In this document: positions 9,125 to 18,764 of the stretch, piece by piece | Numbering within the stretch: position 1 is the stretch's first letter | Layout of the letters: each line of letters begins with the position of its first letter | From: a virus | Direction: 5' to 3' (one strand) | Virus record (IMG/VR): IMGVR_UViG_3300046690_000279 | Location: 17,717-81,716 of that record | DNA: 64,000 nucleotides | The notes under the pieces: model-generated | Told to the model about the DNA's origin: nothing | What the model saw: the letters and a program-made list of their open reading frames with translations, nothing else | Database searches by the model: none | Made by a program: the position numbers and the translations under genes

Positions 9125-9310
9125 GTGCCGCTGAACGAAACTCAGCGGGTGAACGTGGTGGCTGTGCTGGCTCGCGCATCAGATGAGTACCTGGCCCAGC
9201 CACTCTGGAACTTCCACCCGTACTACGCGCCGTTCGTGCTGTCTGCGCGAGCGCGCCGCAATGTCCTGCAACACGACCCTGAGCCTTCGGGCGATCCCGA
9301 ATACAGCTAG
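9125..9310 (+). CDS. Hypothetical protein
   Basis: Homolog at 49691. Confidence 0.6.
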   Translation: MPLNETQRVNVVAVLARASDEYLAQPLWNFHPYYAPFVLSARARRNVLQHDPEPSGDPEYS

Positions 9311-9323
9311 GAGAGCGAAGCAC

Positions 9324-9593
9324 ATGGCCCTTTACGAGGTTATCCGCACCGACGACGTTGCCCCCGGTGAGTTCGTCTCTGCGTTCGTCATCGCTGGCGG
9401 TGCGGCGCAGGCACGTAACGCTGTGGCGCACCTGGCGGGCGTGGTGGCTACCGGCAAGCGGACGAACATTCTCGCTGCCAAGGTCGACACCACGAAGCGA
9501 GTCCAGATCATCAGCATTTACGACGACGAGCGCGCTCCTGACGCTGCCGCCGACCACATCACGGCGTTCCCTGAGGCTCACGAAGCCTGGTAG
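9324..9593 (+). CDS. Hypothetical protein
   Basis: RBS GGAG; homolog at 49890. Confidence 0.75.
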   Translation: MALYEVIRTDDVAPGEFVSAFVIAGGAAQARNAVAHLAGVVATGKRTNILAAKVDTTKRVQIISIYDDERAPDAAADHITAFPEAHEAW

Positions 9594-9672
9594 GCCGATT
9601 GCCCGGAGCTTCCGCACTGCGCGGAGGTTCCGGGCTTTAGGCAGTAGCGAAGCAAGGAGAGAGGCTACGCCG

Positions 9673-10029
9673 ATGGCTTTCATCTTTACGTCCGAACGTG
9701 ACCCGAGGAGAGAAAACGTGGCTGCTTTCAAGGCTGGCGACAAAGTCAAGTACCGGGGCATGGTGATGCCCGCTGAGGTGCTGTCCGGCCCGCACCAGTC
9801 CAACGGCCGTAACCGCTACCTGATTACCAAGGCCGACGGCAACGTCTCGCTGGTGCCTGTCACCGACCTTGAGCGAGTGGTCCCCCGACTCGACCAGGTG
9901 GCGGGAACGCTGTCCGTGGTCCTTTACGGGCGCGCGTTCGTGTCGCTCCCGCGCCACACTCAGTTGCAGTTGGCGCAGGCCGCTTCCCGCGTAATCGCCA
10001 TCGCTGATGACACGAAGGGCCAGGCGTAG
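9673..10029 (+). CDS. Hypothetical protein, SH3/KOW-like
   Basis: FKAGDKVKY; homolog at 50257. Confidence 0.7.
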   Translation: MAFIFTSERDPRRENVAAFKAGDKVKYRGMVMPAEVLSGPHQSNGRNRYLITKADGNVSLVPVTDLERVVPRLDQVAGTLSVVLYGRAFVSLPRHTQLQLAQAASRVIAIADDTKGQA

Positions 10030-10032
10030 CGC

Positions 10033-10323
10033 ATGGGAAAGCGCGGAGTAGTCACCGACTACGCAGGCGAGGAACTCTACGCTGGCGACCTGATCACGTT
10101 CGCTACACGGCACGCTAACCGGGTCCGCATGTCCGATGCGGTGGTCCTGGATGTGACCACAAAGTCTGTTGGTGGCCGCCTGGTGCCCACGCTGATGGTT
10201 CAGCCCACGGGCAGGGACAGCGGATGGGGGCTGGGCGCTCGCAAGACGCTTCGGCCGGTTGAGGTCAGCGCGGAGCATGTGCGCCTGGTCACGCCCGATT
10301 TCGCTGTGCAGGACCGCAAGTAA
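10033..10323 (+). CDS. Hypothetical protein
   Basis: Nearly identical at 50617. Confidence 0.75.
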   Translation: MGKRGVVTDYAGEELYAGDLITFATRHANRVRMSDAVVLDVTTKSVGGRLVPTLMVQPTGRDSGWGLGARKTLRPVEVSAEHVRLVTPDFAVQDRK

Positions 10324-10380
10324 CAGAAGGGGGGTCAGTGTTGCGCTCTGCGCTCGCTGGCCCCTTTTCGTGTCGGACCA

Positions 10381-10398
10381 CATACGGATATCCGGAGG
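10381..10398. promoter_or_regulatory. Operator variant whose right arm doubles as an RBS
   Basis: CATACGGATATCCGGAGG. Confidence 0.7.
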
Positions 10399-10406
10399 TG
10401 ACCCCT

Positions 10407-10577
10407 GTGACTATCTCGGGGACGGCTGCACCCGCGCTGGGTGATGTGCGGGCAGCAGCGTACGGAGAAACCATCTGGCTTAAGCCAGGTGCAACGAAGC
10501 GTAAGGACTGGCCCCGGTACATGGACGCGCTCACTGTGGCGCTGACTCGGGGCGTTGACGTTAGGTGGGTCCGATGA
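10407..10577 (+). CDS. Hypothetical protein
   Basis: GGAGG RBS; homolog at 50980. Confidence 0.65.
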   Translation: MTISGTAAPALGDVRAAAYGETIWLKPGATKRKDWPRYMDALTVALTRGVDVRWVR

Positions 10578-10635
10578 CAACGCTGAATGCTCTTTGCTGG
10601 GGCCTGCTACTCGGGTACCTGATTTGGGGGAAGCG

Positions 10636-11058
10636 GTGAAGGTCTGCCGACTATGCGGGCGGGGAAAGCCCGCCGAACAGTTCCTCGCTGGCAAGGCCCA
10701 GAAGCCGTCTTCGACGTGTAGCACATGCCGCCGCAAGGCCCAGCAGCAACACATCAAGAATTTCTACCGCCGGTTGCCGCCAGACAAGCGCCATGAGCTA
10801 ACCCACAAGCGGCGCGCGGAGTCCTACGGCGTCGAGCATGCCCCTTACAGCCGTACGGCCATCCTCGCTCGCTGGAAGCACAAGTGTGCCTACTGCAACC
10901 GTGTTGCCACGCACCTTGACCACGTCCACCCGCTGAGCAAGGGCGGGGCAGATGCAGAGCACAACATCGTTCCGGCATGTGCCCCGTGCAATCTGAGTAA
11001 GGGGGCTAAGACGCTGGCCGAGTGGGCGCTCACCTTCACATACGAGCCACCCTTCTGA
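10636..11058 (+). CDS. HNH endonuclease
   Basis: CAYC...DHVHPLSKGG...CAPCNLSK. Confidence 0.85.
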   Translation: MKVCRLCGRGKPAEQFLAGKAQKPSSTCSTCRRKAQQQHIKNFYRRLPPDKRHELTHKRRAESYGVEHAPYSRTAILARWKHKCAYCNRVATHLDHVHPLSKGGADAEHNIVPACAPCNLSKGAKTLAEWALTFTYEPPF

Positions 11059-11063
11059 GCGCT

Positions 11064-11079
11064 GGTAACCGACTCGCTA
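11064..11079 (+). promoter_or_regulatory. A-type motif
   Basis: Upstream of the primase. Confidence 0.7.
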
Positions 11080-11102
11080 TACCCCCGTGAACGACAGAGA
11101 GG

Positions 11103-13556
11103 ATGCTGCACATGCAGTTCACTGAAATGCTCGACCGCTTCACGGGGGTCAGCGAACAGGATGACGGCGGGTACCTGGCGCACTGCCCAGCGCACGCCGA
11201 CAGTAAGCCTAGCCTTCGGCTGTGGCGGGGCGACGACAACAAGGTTCGGATCACATGCCGCGCGGGGTGTTCAACGGGCGCTGTGATACAGGCAGTTGGG
11301 CTCACATGGTCCGATCTGTTCAACGCCGAGGGCGACGGCGCCACCGTTCCGAAGGAGCGCCCTGCCATGGTCGGCATAGCCCACATCGCTGGCCTTCAGA
11401 GCTACGTCGACATTGCCGGGCAGAACTTGCGCGGTAGCGGGTCACGCAACGCAGACCATGCAGCGCGCTATGCGGCACACAGGTTCGGCATCACCCCAGC
11501 CATGTTCGAGGATCTTGAGCTTGGGCTCAGCGACGACGACACACGGGCCACGTTCCCGTACCTGAGTCGTGCGTTCCTGGCGTTCCCTCGCCTGGTTGTC
11601 CCCCTGTGTGACTTTGACGGGACCGTGCGCGGGTTGCAGGGACGTGACCTTACCGGCGAATGCCCAGGGCGCTGGGTATCGCTGAGCAACCCTCAGGGCC
11701 ACCGTTGGGCGCCGTACGGCGTCTTTCGCGGGCAGGGTGGCTACGGGGTCACGCTCATCACTGAGGGCCCCGGAGACGGGCTTACAGCGGTTGCGGTGGG
11801 CTACGACGTCGTCATGGTCCGGGGCGCTGCGCTCGCTGGCTCACCCGAGTTGCTGGCAGAGATTGCCGAAGGGGTGCGCGGTACCCAGGTAATCGCCTGC
11901 GGTGACGCTGACAAGTCAGGGCAGGACTTCAATCAGAAGTTGGCCGATGGCCTGAAGGCCCATGGCATTGAGGTCTACGCGCTGCCCCTGCCTACCTCGC
12001 TGCCCAATAAGGGCGACCTTACTGACTGGCGCGCGCTCGACCCTGACGCGTTCCCGTGGGCAATCCACAACGCCATCAAGGCCGCTCGACCCGTGGCCAA
12101 GCCTGAAGAGGCACGGCGCGAAGCTGTCAGTGTTGAGCTGAACGAAGCCACCGGCGCGGACACAGTCAGCCGTGACCAGGGCAGTGAAGCGGGCCGCATC
12201 CTGGCTTCGGTCATGGAACGCTACGGCGAGTCTGATGCGATGAACGCTCACGCACTGGTCGCTTGGACGGACGGCCGCATCAAGTACGCCCCGGGGCTTG
12301 GCTTCTATGTGTGGAACGGCCGCACGTGGGAGCGCAGCGAAGTCAAGGTTCGCCAAGAGATTCACCGTATGGGCGCCGCCCTGGTGCTCGCTGGCAAGCT
12401 GCAAGAGTCCAAGGGTTTCACCATGACGACGCGTATAGACGCGCTCATGACGGAGCTGCGCAGTGTGCCCAGCGTGTACGTGGCGGTGCAGGATTTCGAC
12501 AACCGGCCCGACCTGCTGAGCTTCCGTAACGGCACCGTCGAGCTACGCACGGGCCACCTGCGGCCACATGCAAAGCAAGACATGCTCACGTATTGCCTGG
12601 CGCTGGACTACGACGCTGCCGCGCAAGCTCCGCGCTGGGAAGCGTTCCTACAAGAAATCATGCCTGGCATGCCTGAGATGCCTGCCTACCTGCAACGCCT
12701 CATTGGCTACGGCGTCACCGGCAACACGGATGAGCAGTGTTTCGCCGTGCTGTGGGGTAAGGGCGCCAACGGCAAATCTGTCCTCACCGAGACGCTATCC
12801 AGCGTGTTCGGCAACGTCACGAAAACGACACCCTTTGCAACCTTCGAAGAAAAGCAGTCAGGCGGCATTCCGAACGATATTGCTGCGCTGCGCGGTGCGC
12901 GTCTGGTCATGGCTTCGGAGGGCGAGTCGGGCAAGCCCATGAGTGAGGCTGTGCTAAAGCGGGTCACCGGTAAGGACATGGTCAGCGCACGATTCCTGCG
13001 CCAAGAGTTCTTTGAGTTCCGGCCGTCCTTTCTGCTGATGCTGGCCACCAACCACAAGCCGAAGTTTCGCGGGCAGGATGACGGGCTTTGGCGACGGGTC
13101 AAGATGATCCCGTTCAAGCGGTTCTTTGCGCCCCATGAGCGTGATTACGACCTTGACAGCAAGCTGCGGGCAGAGGCGCAGGGCATCGCAGCGTGGGCGG
13201 TCCGGGGCGCTGTCGAGTGGTACTCCAACGGCTTGCAGGACCCCAGCGTCATCACAGCGGCTAGCCGCGAGTACCGCGAAACGTCTGACGCGCTGGTCGG
13301 TTTCTTCCCCGGAGTCTTCGAGCGGGACGAGTCGCACAGCGTGCCCGGGGCGGACGCATACAACGCCTACCGCGAGTGGTGTGAGGCCGAGGGACTCCCG
13401 TCCAAGGAAATCTGGACGCGTCGCAGCTTCTATGACGCGATGGAAGAGCGGCAGGTGTCGCGAAAGAAGACGAACAAGGGAATCACGCTGGTGGGTATCC
13501 GCCCCGCCGACGCTGCCACGAAGGCAACGGGTCCGGGCATCTTCGGGAAGGACTAA
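11103..13556 (+). CDS. DNA primase-helicase (Zn finger, TOPRIM, D5/P4-type SF3 helicase)
   Basis: CPAH..CRAGC, EGPGD, DAD and GKGANGKS motifs. Confidence 0.9.
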   Translation: MLHMQFTEMLDRFTGVSEQDDGGYLAHCPAHADSKPSLRLWRGDDNKVRITCRAGCSTGAVIQAVGLTWSDLFNAEGDGATVPKERPAMVGIAHIAGLQSYVDIAGQNLRGSGSRNADHAARYAAHRFGITPAMFEDLELGLSDDDTRATFPYLSRAFLAFPRLVVPLCDFDGTVRGLQGRDLTGECPGRWVSLSNPQGHRWAPYGVFRGQGGYGVTLITEGPGDGLTAVAVGYDVVMVRGAALAGSPELLAEIAEGVRGTQVIACGDADKSGQDFNQKLADGLKAHGIEVYALPLPTSLPNKGDLTDWRALDPDAFPWAIHNAIKAARPVAKPEEARREAVSVELNEATGADTVSRDQGSEAGRILASVMERYGESDAMNAHALVAWTDGRIKYAPGLGFYVWNGRTWERSEVKVRQEIHRMGAALVLAGKLQESKGFTMTTRIDALMTELRSVPSVYVAVQDFDNRPDLLSFRNGTVELRTGHLRPHAKQDMLTYCLALDYDAAAQAPRWEAFLQEIMPGMPEMPAYLQRLIGYGVTGNTDEQCFAVLWGKGANGKSVLTETLSSVFGNVTKTTPFATFEEKQSGGIPNDIAALRGARLVMASEGESGKPMSEAVLKRVTGKDMVSARFLRQEFFEFRPSFLLMLATNHKPKFRGQDDGLWRRVKMIPFKRFFAPHERDYDLDSKLRAEAQGIAAWAVRGAVEWYSNGLQDPSVITAASREYRETSDALVGFFPGVFERDESHSVPGADAYNAYREWCEAEGLPSKEIWTRRSFYDAMEERQVSRKKTNKGITLVGIRPADAATKATGPGIFGKD

Positions 13557-13605
13557 GGCTGGCGCCAACGGCGACCAGTGACACAAAGCATGCCCGAGGG
13601 GGTCA

Positions 13606-13623
13606 CCTACGGATATCCGTATG
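13606..13623. promoter_or_regulatory. Operator
   Basis: CCTACGGATATCCGTATG inside a longer inverted repeat. Confidence 0.75.
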
Positions 13624-13656
13624 TGACCCCTTCGCGCTGAACAGAGGGGCTTCGCA

Positions 13657-15513
13657 GTGAAGATCTACCCGTACGAGATTGCTGGCGAGCCGGTTACCGT
13701 CAAGGTTCCGGAGACGCGCGAGGATCTAAGCGAGTTCCAAGAGTGGTTTATGCGCGCCAACTCTGCGGGACCGATCGCGCTGGATACCGAAACCACCGGC
13801 CTCGACATCTACTCCCACGGATACCGCCTGCGCACCATTCAGTTCGGCGATCGGCGCACAGCGTGGGTCGTCCTGTACGAGCTGGGCGGGCATTTCGTCG
13901 CTGCTGCGCTGTGGGCCCTGCGCCGTGGTCGGAAGTTCCAGATTCACAACGCGCCCTTTGACTGGGCCGTCATCGACCGCCATGCAGGCGTCAGCATTGA
14001 GTCGCTCGCCCCGCGAACCATTGACACTCGCCTAAAGGCTGGCCTGGTTGATCCGCGCCAGCCGCAGGAAGGTGGGCGAGGCACGGCCCTTAAGCCCCTC
14101 AGCGCGTACTACGTCGACCCCGCAGCGCCGGATACTCAGGGCGACCTGACAGCAGTCTTCCGCTCGCTGAAACTGACGAAGGCAACGGGCTGGGCCGGTA
14201 TTCCGCTGGACCACCCCACTTACCTTCTGTACGCGGGTCTCGATGTGCTGCTCACGGCGCGTCTTGATGTGGAACTGGACCGTGAACTCAGCGCGCTTGA
14301 TGTGCGTCCGCGCCTGGTCCAGTACGAGCACGAGATAGCGCGCATATGTGCGGTCATGCAGCGCAAGGGCATGGTCCTTGACGTCGACTACACGCGCACG
14401 CTCGACGAGTCGCTACAGGCTGAGGCCGCTGAGTTTGAGTTGAAGGCCCAGCGCTACGGCGTGACCAACGTCAACGCTCCCGCACAGTTGCGCGAGGCAC
14501 TCTTCGCCATGGGTGAAACCTGGCTGTCTGACGAGCGCACAGCTTCCGGCGCACTGAAGGTAGACAAGGCGGTCTTGCACCGCTTTGCAGACCTTGACCA
14601 GAACAGCGGGGCACCCCTCGGCACGCGCAGGCCCAACCCGCTGGCCGAAGCCATCATTCGCAGTAAGCGGGCGGGGAAATGGCGCAGTGCCTACACACAG
14701 ACGTTCCTCGACACCATGGACGCTGAGGGCAGGGTGCACAGCTTCATCAACAGCATGCAGGCACGCACCGGCCGTATGTCCATCACTCGTCCGGCGCTGC
14801 AAACCCTGCCGTCCGGTGATGCCATGGTCCGGCGCGCGCTACTCGCTGATGAAGGCGAGGTGATCGTGTCCACTGACTTCGCTGCCGTTGAACTGCGCGT
14901 GCTCGCTGCGCTGGGTGATGTGAAGCGTATGAAGGAAGCCATCACGAAGGGCGAAGACCTGCACTCCTTCACTGCCCGACTCGTCTTCGGCGAAGGCTTC
15001 ACAGCGAAGCACCGGAAGATCTCTAAGGGGATTGCCTTCGGCAAGGTCTATGGGGGTGGCGCTGCAACCATCAGCCGACAGACCGGAGCACCGATCGAGG
15101 ATGTTCGCCGCGCGATGGCCGCCTATGACCGGGTCTACCCGGAGGTGCGGCGCATGTCGAACGCGTGGCAGCGCGAAGCGTACGAGACGGGCATGGTGCA
15201 TGTGTCTGTGACCGGGCGCAGGCTTCCGCTGGACCGTGATCGGACGTACGCCGTTGTGAACTACGGGGTGCAGAGCGCTGCCCGTGACTGCCTGGGGCAG
15301 AGTCTCATCAACCTTGAAGAGGCTGGCGTGCTTGATGCGCTCCGCTTGCCGATTCATGACGAGGTGCTGGCGAGTGTGCCGCGCGCTGAGGCCAGCGACT
15401 ACGCGAAGATCATTCAGGACTGTATGACGTTCGACCTGTACGGGGTCCCGATCGAGGCAGAGGCAGAGATAGGCGGGCGGTCCTGGGGCTCGCTCTACGG
15501 CGCTGACTTCTAG
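13657..15513 (+). CDS. DNA polymerase family A with 3'-5' exonuclease
   Basis: LDTETTG, TGRMS, DFAAVELR, KGIAFGKVYG and IHDE motifs. Confidence 0.95.
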   Translation: MKIYPYEIAGEPVTVKVPETREDLSEFQEWFMRANSAGPIALDTETTGLDIYSHGYRLRTIQFGDRRTAWVVLYELGGHFVAAALWALRRGRKFQIHNAPFDWAVIDRHAGVSIESLAPRTIDTRLKAGLVDPRQPQEGGRGTALKPLSAYYVDPAAPDTQGDLTAVFRSLKLTKATGWAGIPLDHPTYLLYAGLDVLLTARLDVELDRELSALDVRPRLVQYEHEIARICAVMQRKGMVLDVDYTRTLDESLQAEAAEFELKAQRYGVTNVNAPAQLREALFAMGETWLSDERTASGALKVDKAVLHRFADLDQNSGAPLGTRRPNPLAEAIIRSKRAGKWRSAYTQTFLDTMDAEGRVHSFINSMQARTGRMSITRPALQTLPSGDAMVRRALLADEGEVIVSTDFAAVELRVLAALGDVKRMKEAITKGEDLHSFTARLVFGEGFTAKHRKISKGIAFGKVYGGGAATISRQTGAPIEDVRRAMAAYDRVYPEVRRMSNAWQREAYETGMVHVSVTGRRLPLDRDRTYAVVNYGVQSAARDCLGQSLINLEEAGVLDALRLPIHDEVLASVPRAEASDYAKIIQDCMTFDLYGVPIEAEAEIGGRSWGSLYGADF

Positions 15514-15906
15514 TTACCAACCCGTACGGTGAGGGTGAGGCCATGTTCCGGTTGCGGAGCGTGGCCTTTTCCTACTTTTTACCAAATCCGTTGAACGCTG
15601 GTCACGCCTTCAAATCTGTGTGCGCCACATGTGAAGGAACCGTGTCTTCCGATCATTCCAAGGGATGAACCCCGGTCTCGCCTTCGAAACCGCTACAACG
15701 ATCTTGCCTAGTAGCAGGTCTAACGGGTGCTCAGCGCAGAAAAGATCGTTGACCACCTACGAAAAACGGCGTTGAGTGCACACAGCAACGACGAGTGATC
15801 CGGCCGGACACTCGTCCACGCAGACACCCCACCGAGTGGGAGTCGTCTGGTACCCCGCGCCGCCCTCACATGCTTTGAGTTGCGCAAATCCGGCCGAACT
15901 CCGCTT

Positions 15907-15922
15907 GGTAACCGACTCGCTA
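15907..15922 (+). promoter_or_regulatory. A-type motif
   Basis: Upstream of the sigma-like gene. Confidence 0.7.
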
Positions 15923-15956
15923 GGGCCCCTAGCAAGCCAACCGAACGGAGTCCCCC

Positions 15957-17087
15957 ATGTCTCTCACCATCGAGCACATTCGCGCCGCGCAGGACAACGA
16001 CCTTGCCGCCATCACGGCAGTCATCGCCGACATGGACGAGCGCATATCCCGGCTCGCTGCGCAGGCTGCACGACGACTGAACGGCGACCACCGCGAAGAC
16101 TTCGAGCAGGACGCACGCGAGGCACTCTTCAGGGCGCTCCCGCGCTTCGACGCTGACACCGTGGACGCGTTCCACGGGTTCATGTTCAGCAGCATTCAGG
16201 ACGCACTGAAGGACAAGGTTCGCTCTGCGCGATACGTCGGTGTGGACAAGGACGCAGTGAAGGTCTTCATGTCGATGCTGGGCGACGCTGAGGGCGACCC
16301 GTACCGCGCTGAGCAGATGGCGCAGACCGTTCCCGCTAAGGGGCTCCGACTCAGCGCCGACCGTGCCCACGCTGCGCGGCTCGCATGGCAGGGCATCGTG
16401 TCTGTGGACCAGGTGGCCGGTTCGGGTGGCACACAGCACGGGAACGGGTTCGCAGGTAACGGCACGATTGCCGACACGCTGGCCGTGACTGACGAACTCC
16501 CCCAGGTTCAGCCGAAGGTTGGTCACGGTGCCGCTCTGGAAGCGCTGGCCGTGCTCAACCGGTACGTGTGCGTGGGTGTCCGGCGCATGACTCCGGGCGA
16601 GTTTTCTGCCAACCTGCCCGCGCTGGTCGAGGCGCTGGAAGACACCGTGCGGGTGCCCAGTGACCCGACGATTCGCCGCTATGTGCTGGACGCGATGGCC
16701 ATCCTGCGTTCCGCTGTGTCGACTGCTTCCGATGGCGACCTTGCCGATGAACTGCGGGATGTGTCCGACGATCGGCGCGACGAGCGGGTAGCCAAGATCG
16801 AAATGATTCGCAATGCGCTGGGCAGGGTGAGCGCGCAGCAGTACACCATCTTGGTTCACTCGTTCGGCATCGGCGGCGCGGAAGACTTCGGGTGGGGCGA
16901 TGGCTCCGACCTTGACGGGCTTGCCAAGTTCCTCGGCACGACACCTGGCAACGTCAAGAAGCAGCGCTCGGCCGGACGGCTGGCGTTTACGAAGCACTTC
17001 ATAGCCTTGGCGGTGCACACCCTCGAAGCTGCGATGGCGTGGGAAGCTGCCGCCGCTGAGATGCGCAAGCCTGCTGGCCGCAAGTGA
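15957..17087 (+). CDS. Sigma70-like transcription factor, allele A
   Basis: Region 2-like (EDFEQDAREALFRALPRFD) and region 4-like HTH (LAKFLGTTPGNVKKQR). Confidence 0.75.
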   Translation: MSLTIEHIRAAQDNDLAAITAVIADMDERISRLAAQAARRLNGDHREDFEQDAREALFRALPRFDADTVDAFHGFMFSSIQDALKDKVRSARYVGVDKDAVKVFMSMLGDAEGDPYRAEQMAQTVPAKGLRLSADRAHAARLAWQGIVSVDQVAGSGGTQHGNGFAGNGTIADTLAVTDELPQVQPKVGHGAALEALAVLNRYVCVGVRRMTPGEFSANLPALVEALEDTVRVPSDPTIRRYVLDAMAILRSAVSTASDGDLADELRDVSDDRRDERVAKIEMIRNALGRVSAQQYTILVHSFGIGGAEDFGWGDGSDLDGLAKFLGTTPGNVKKQRSAGRLAFTKHFIALAVHTLEAAMAWEAAAAEMRKPAGRK

Positions 17088-17398
17088 CCGACGAATGTTG
17101 TGAGTGCGGAGGGGCTAAGCGTCCCTCCGCCTCTCGTCGTCCGCGCGCGACCCAGCCCCCTGACATGACGGCGCTGTACATGCGCACTCGGAGGCGCAGG
17201 AAGGCCCCTTACAGGCGCGCGGATGTGTTCGCCCACTGGGGAGGGCGCTGTGTGTACTGCGGGGCGCCAGCGGAGCATCTAGACCACGTGCAGCCGCTAT
17301 CGCGCGGTGGCCGAGACATCTTGTCGAACGTGGTCCCCGCATGTGCCGACTGCAACCTATCCAAGGCAGCGCTCACCCTCGCTGAGTGGCTGGCGTAG
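17084..17398 (+). CDS. HNH endonuclease (start uncertain)
   Basis: CVYC...DHVQPLSRGG...CADCN. Confidence 0.75.
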   Translation: MTDECCECGGAKRPSASRRPRATQPPDMTALYMRTRRRRKAPYRRADVFAHWGGRCVYCGAPAEHLDHVQPLSRGGRDILSNVVPACADCNLSKAALTLAEWLA

Positions 17399-17402
17399 CC
17401 CT

Positions 17403-17418
17403 GGTAACCGACTCGCTA
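17403..17418 (+). promoter_or_regulatory. A-type motif
   Basis: Exact consensus. Confidence 0.7.
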
Positions 17419-17454
17419 GGCCCCAAGCACAGAACGAGAAATGGAGAGATTCTC

Positions 17455-17619
17455 ATGACCTACAACCTGCGCAACGGTTACAGCGTGGTCACTCGCAAGG
17501 CTGAGGGCGGGACGGAGTTTGAGACCCGTAACCCGCAGGGCGCCACCATCAGTACTGTGACGCTGCCCTACGTCGAGGCGAACGCGCTGGTGCGCAAGCT
17601 GTATCTGGGCCGTGTCTGA
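17455..17619 (+). CDS. Hypothetical protein
   Basis: RBS GGAG; homolog at 58512. Confidence 0.7.
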   Translation: MTYNLRNGYSVVTRKAEGGTEFETRNPQGATISTVTLPYVEANALVRKLYLGRV

Positions 17620-17792
17620 TGGCGCACGTTGATGGTTCGCTGAACGACCCGACTCCCACCAGCGGACTAGCGGGGCGAGCGGATGTGTACCGGATTGCTG
17701 CCGCATTGATCAAACAGGTCGGATTGGTCGCAGAGGCCACCGCCGATGATGTGCTGCGGCTGGCCGAGTTTCTTGCAGGCGGCGACTTTTAG
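17619..17792 (+). CDS. Hypothetical protein (57 aa)
   Basis: TGATG coupling; conserved at 58676. Confidence 0.65.
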   Translation: MAHVDGSLNDPTPTSGLAGRADVYRIAAALIKQVGLVAEATADDVLRLAEFLAGGDF

Positions 17793-17802
17793 TTGGGAGG
17801 CA

Positions 17803-17820
17803 CATACGGATATCCGTATG
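17803..17820. promoter_or_regulatory. Operator
   Basis: Perfect palindrome. Confidence 0.75.
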
Positions 17821-17848
17821 TGCTCCCATCATCCCTAAGGCGGAGAGA

Positions 17849-18205
17849 GTGACACGCATCACAACAGACCCGCGTGAAGAGCGCTTGCCTAAGTGGGCGC
17901 AAGAGGAACTGCGGAGCCTGCGCATGCGAGTGCGCGTTGCGGAATCCAAGATCGAAGATCTAAAGGGCAACACCCCCGAGACGGACACGTACCTACTCGA
18001 TTACGGCTCGCTGGATAACTTCCCGCTTCCGAAGGGTGCGCGCGTTGCGTACCACCTGACTCCCCCGGGCTTTGAGCGGAAAGTGCGCCAGGCAATTCAG
18101 GTCTATATCAGCGATAGCGCGTTGCACATTCAGGGTGATACCTCGCTGGTTATCTACCCGCAAGCGTCAAGTTCCCTTAATATCGAATTGGAGCGTTACC
18201 GCTAA
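17849..18205 (+). CDS. Hypothetical protein
   Basis: Homolog at 58907. Confidence 0.7.
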   Translation: MTRITTDPREERLPKWAQEELRSLRMRVRVAESKIEDLKGNTPETDTYLLDYGSLDNFPLPKGARVAYHLTPPGFERKVRQAIQVYISDSALHIQGDTSLVIYPQASSSLNIELERYR

Positions 18206-18418
18206 ATGCGCAGGCTCGTAATCCTCGCCATTCCCGCAGTGCTCGCCCTCAGCGCATGCGGGGCCGACCCGTATAACACAGGAGACTGCGGCACGGTAGT
18301 GCACCACCACGTGATTCATCACACAGGCACACACCGTGTAGTTACACGCCACCAGCGGGTTACCATCAAGTCCGCTCGACGGCATGTGTCGCTGAGCAAG
18401 TCAACCCGGAAGAGGTAA
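18206..18418 (+). CDS. Small His-rich lipoprotein
   Basis: Signal peptide with LSAC lipobox. Confidence 0.65.
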   Translation: MRRLVILAIPAVLALSACGADPYNTGDCGTVVHHHVIHHTGTHRVVTRHQRVTIKSARRHVSLSKSTRKR

Positions 18419-18422
18419 AAAG

Positions 18423-18617
18423 ATGAGAGTCCTGGCCATCCTGTTCGGCACGGTGGCGCTGACAGTGGGTGCTCCCGCGTACGCGTCCGATGCCCCGCAC
18501 CCTCCGACTCCTCCGCAGGCGCACGCTCCGCACACGGTGCATCTGCCGTCCGGTGCCCCGCGCTGGGTCAAGTGCCCGGGTAACCCGCGCATCTTGATGG
18601 CCTGCTTCACGCACTAA
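18423..18617 (+). CDS. Small secreted Pro/His-rich protein
   Basis: Signal peptide ending AYA; two Cys. Confidence 0.65.
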   Translation: MRVLAILFGTVALTVGAPAYASDAPHPPTPPQAHAPHTVHLPSGAPRWVKCPGNPRILMACFTH

Positions 18618-18628
18618 GGCTCAGCGAG

Positions 18629-18663
18629 AAACCCCCTGGTCAGCGCGACCGGGGGGTTTTTCT
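18629..18663 (+). terminator. Intrinsic terminator
   Basis: CCCCCTGGTC/GACCGGGGG stem plus T run. Confidence 0.7.
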
Positions 18664-18676
18664 ATGCCTCGGATCA

Positions 18677-18728
18677 CATACGGATATCCGTATGTGGGTT
18701 GCGCGAGTGCCCCACATGCCCCTAGGTT
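18677..18728 (+). promoter_or_regulatory. Operator plus host-type promoter
   Basis: Palindrome, then TTGCGC-N18-TAGGTT; same at 59733. Confidence 0.7.
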
Positions 18729-18764
18729 GAGACCACAACAACAGCAACGAAGGGGCAGGACACG

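Noticed and set aside
13657-15513. Intron or intein in polymerase, primase or terminase linked to the HNH genes
   Set aside because: These ORFs are uninterrupted and of normal length; the HNH genes are free-standing
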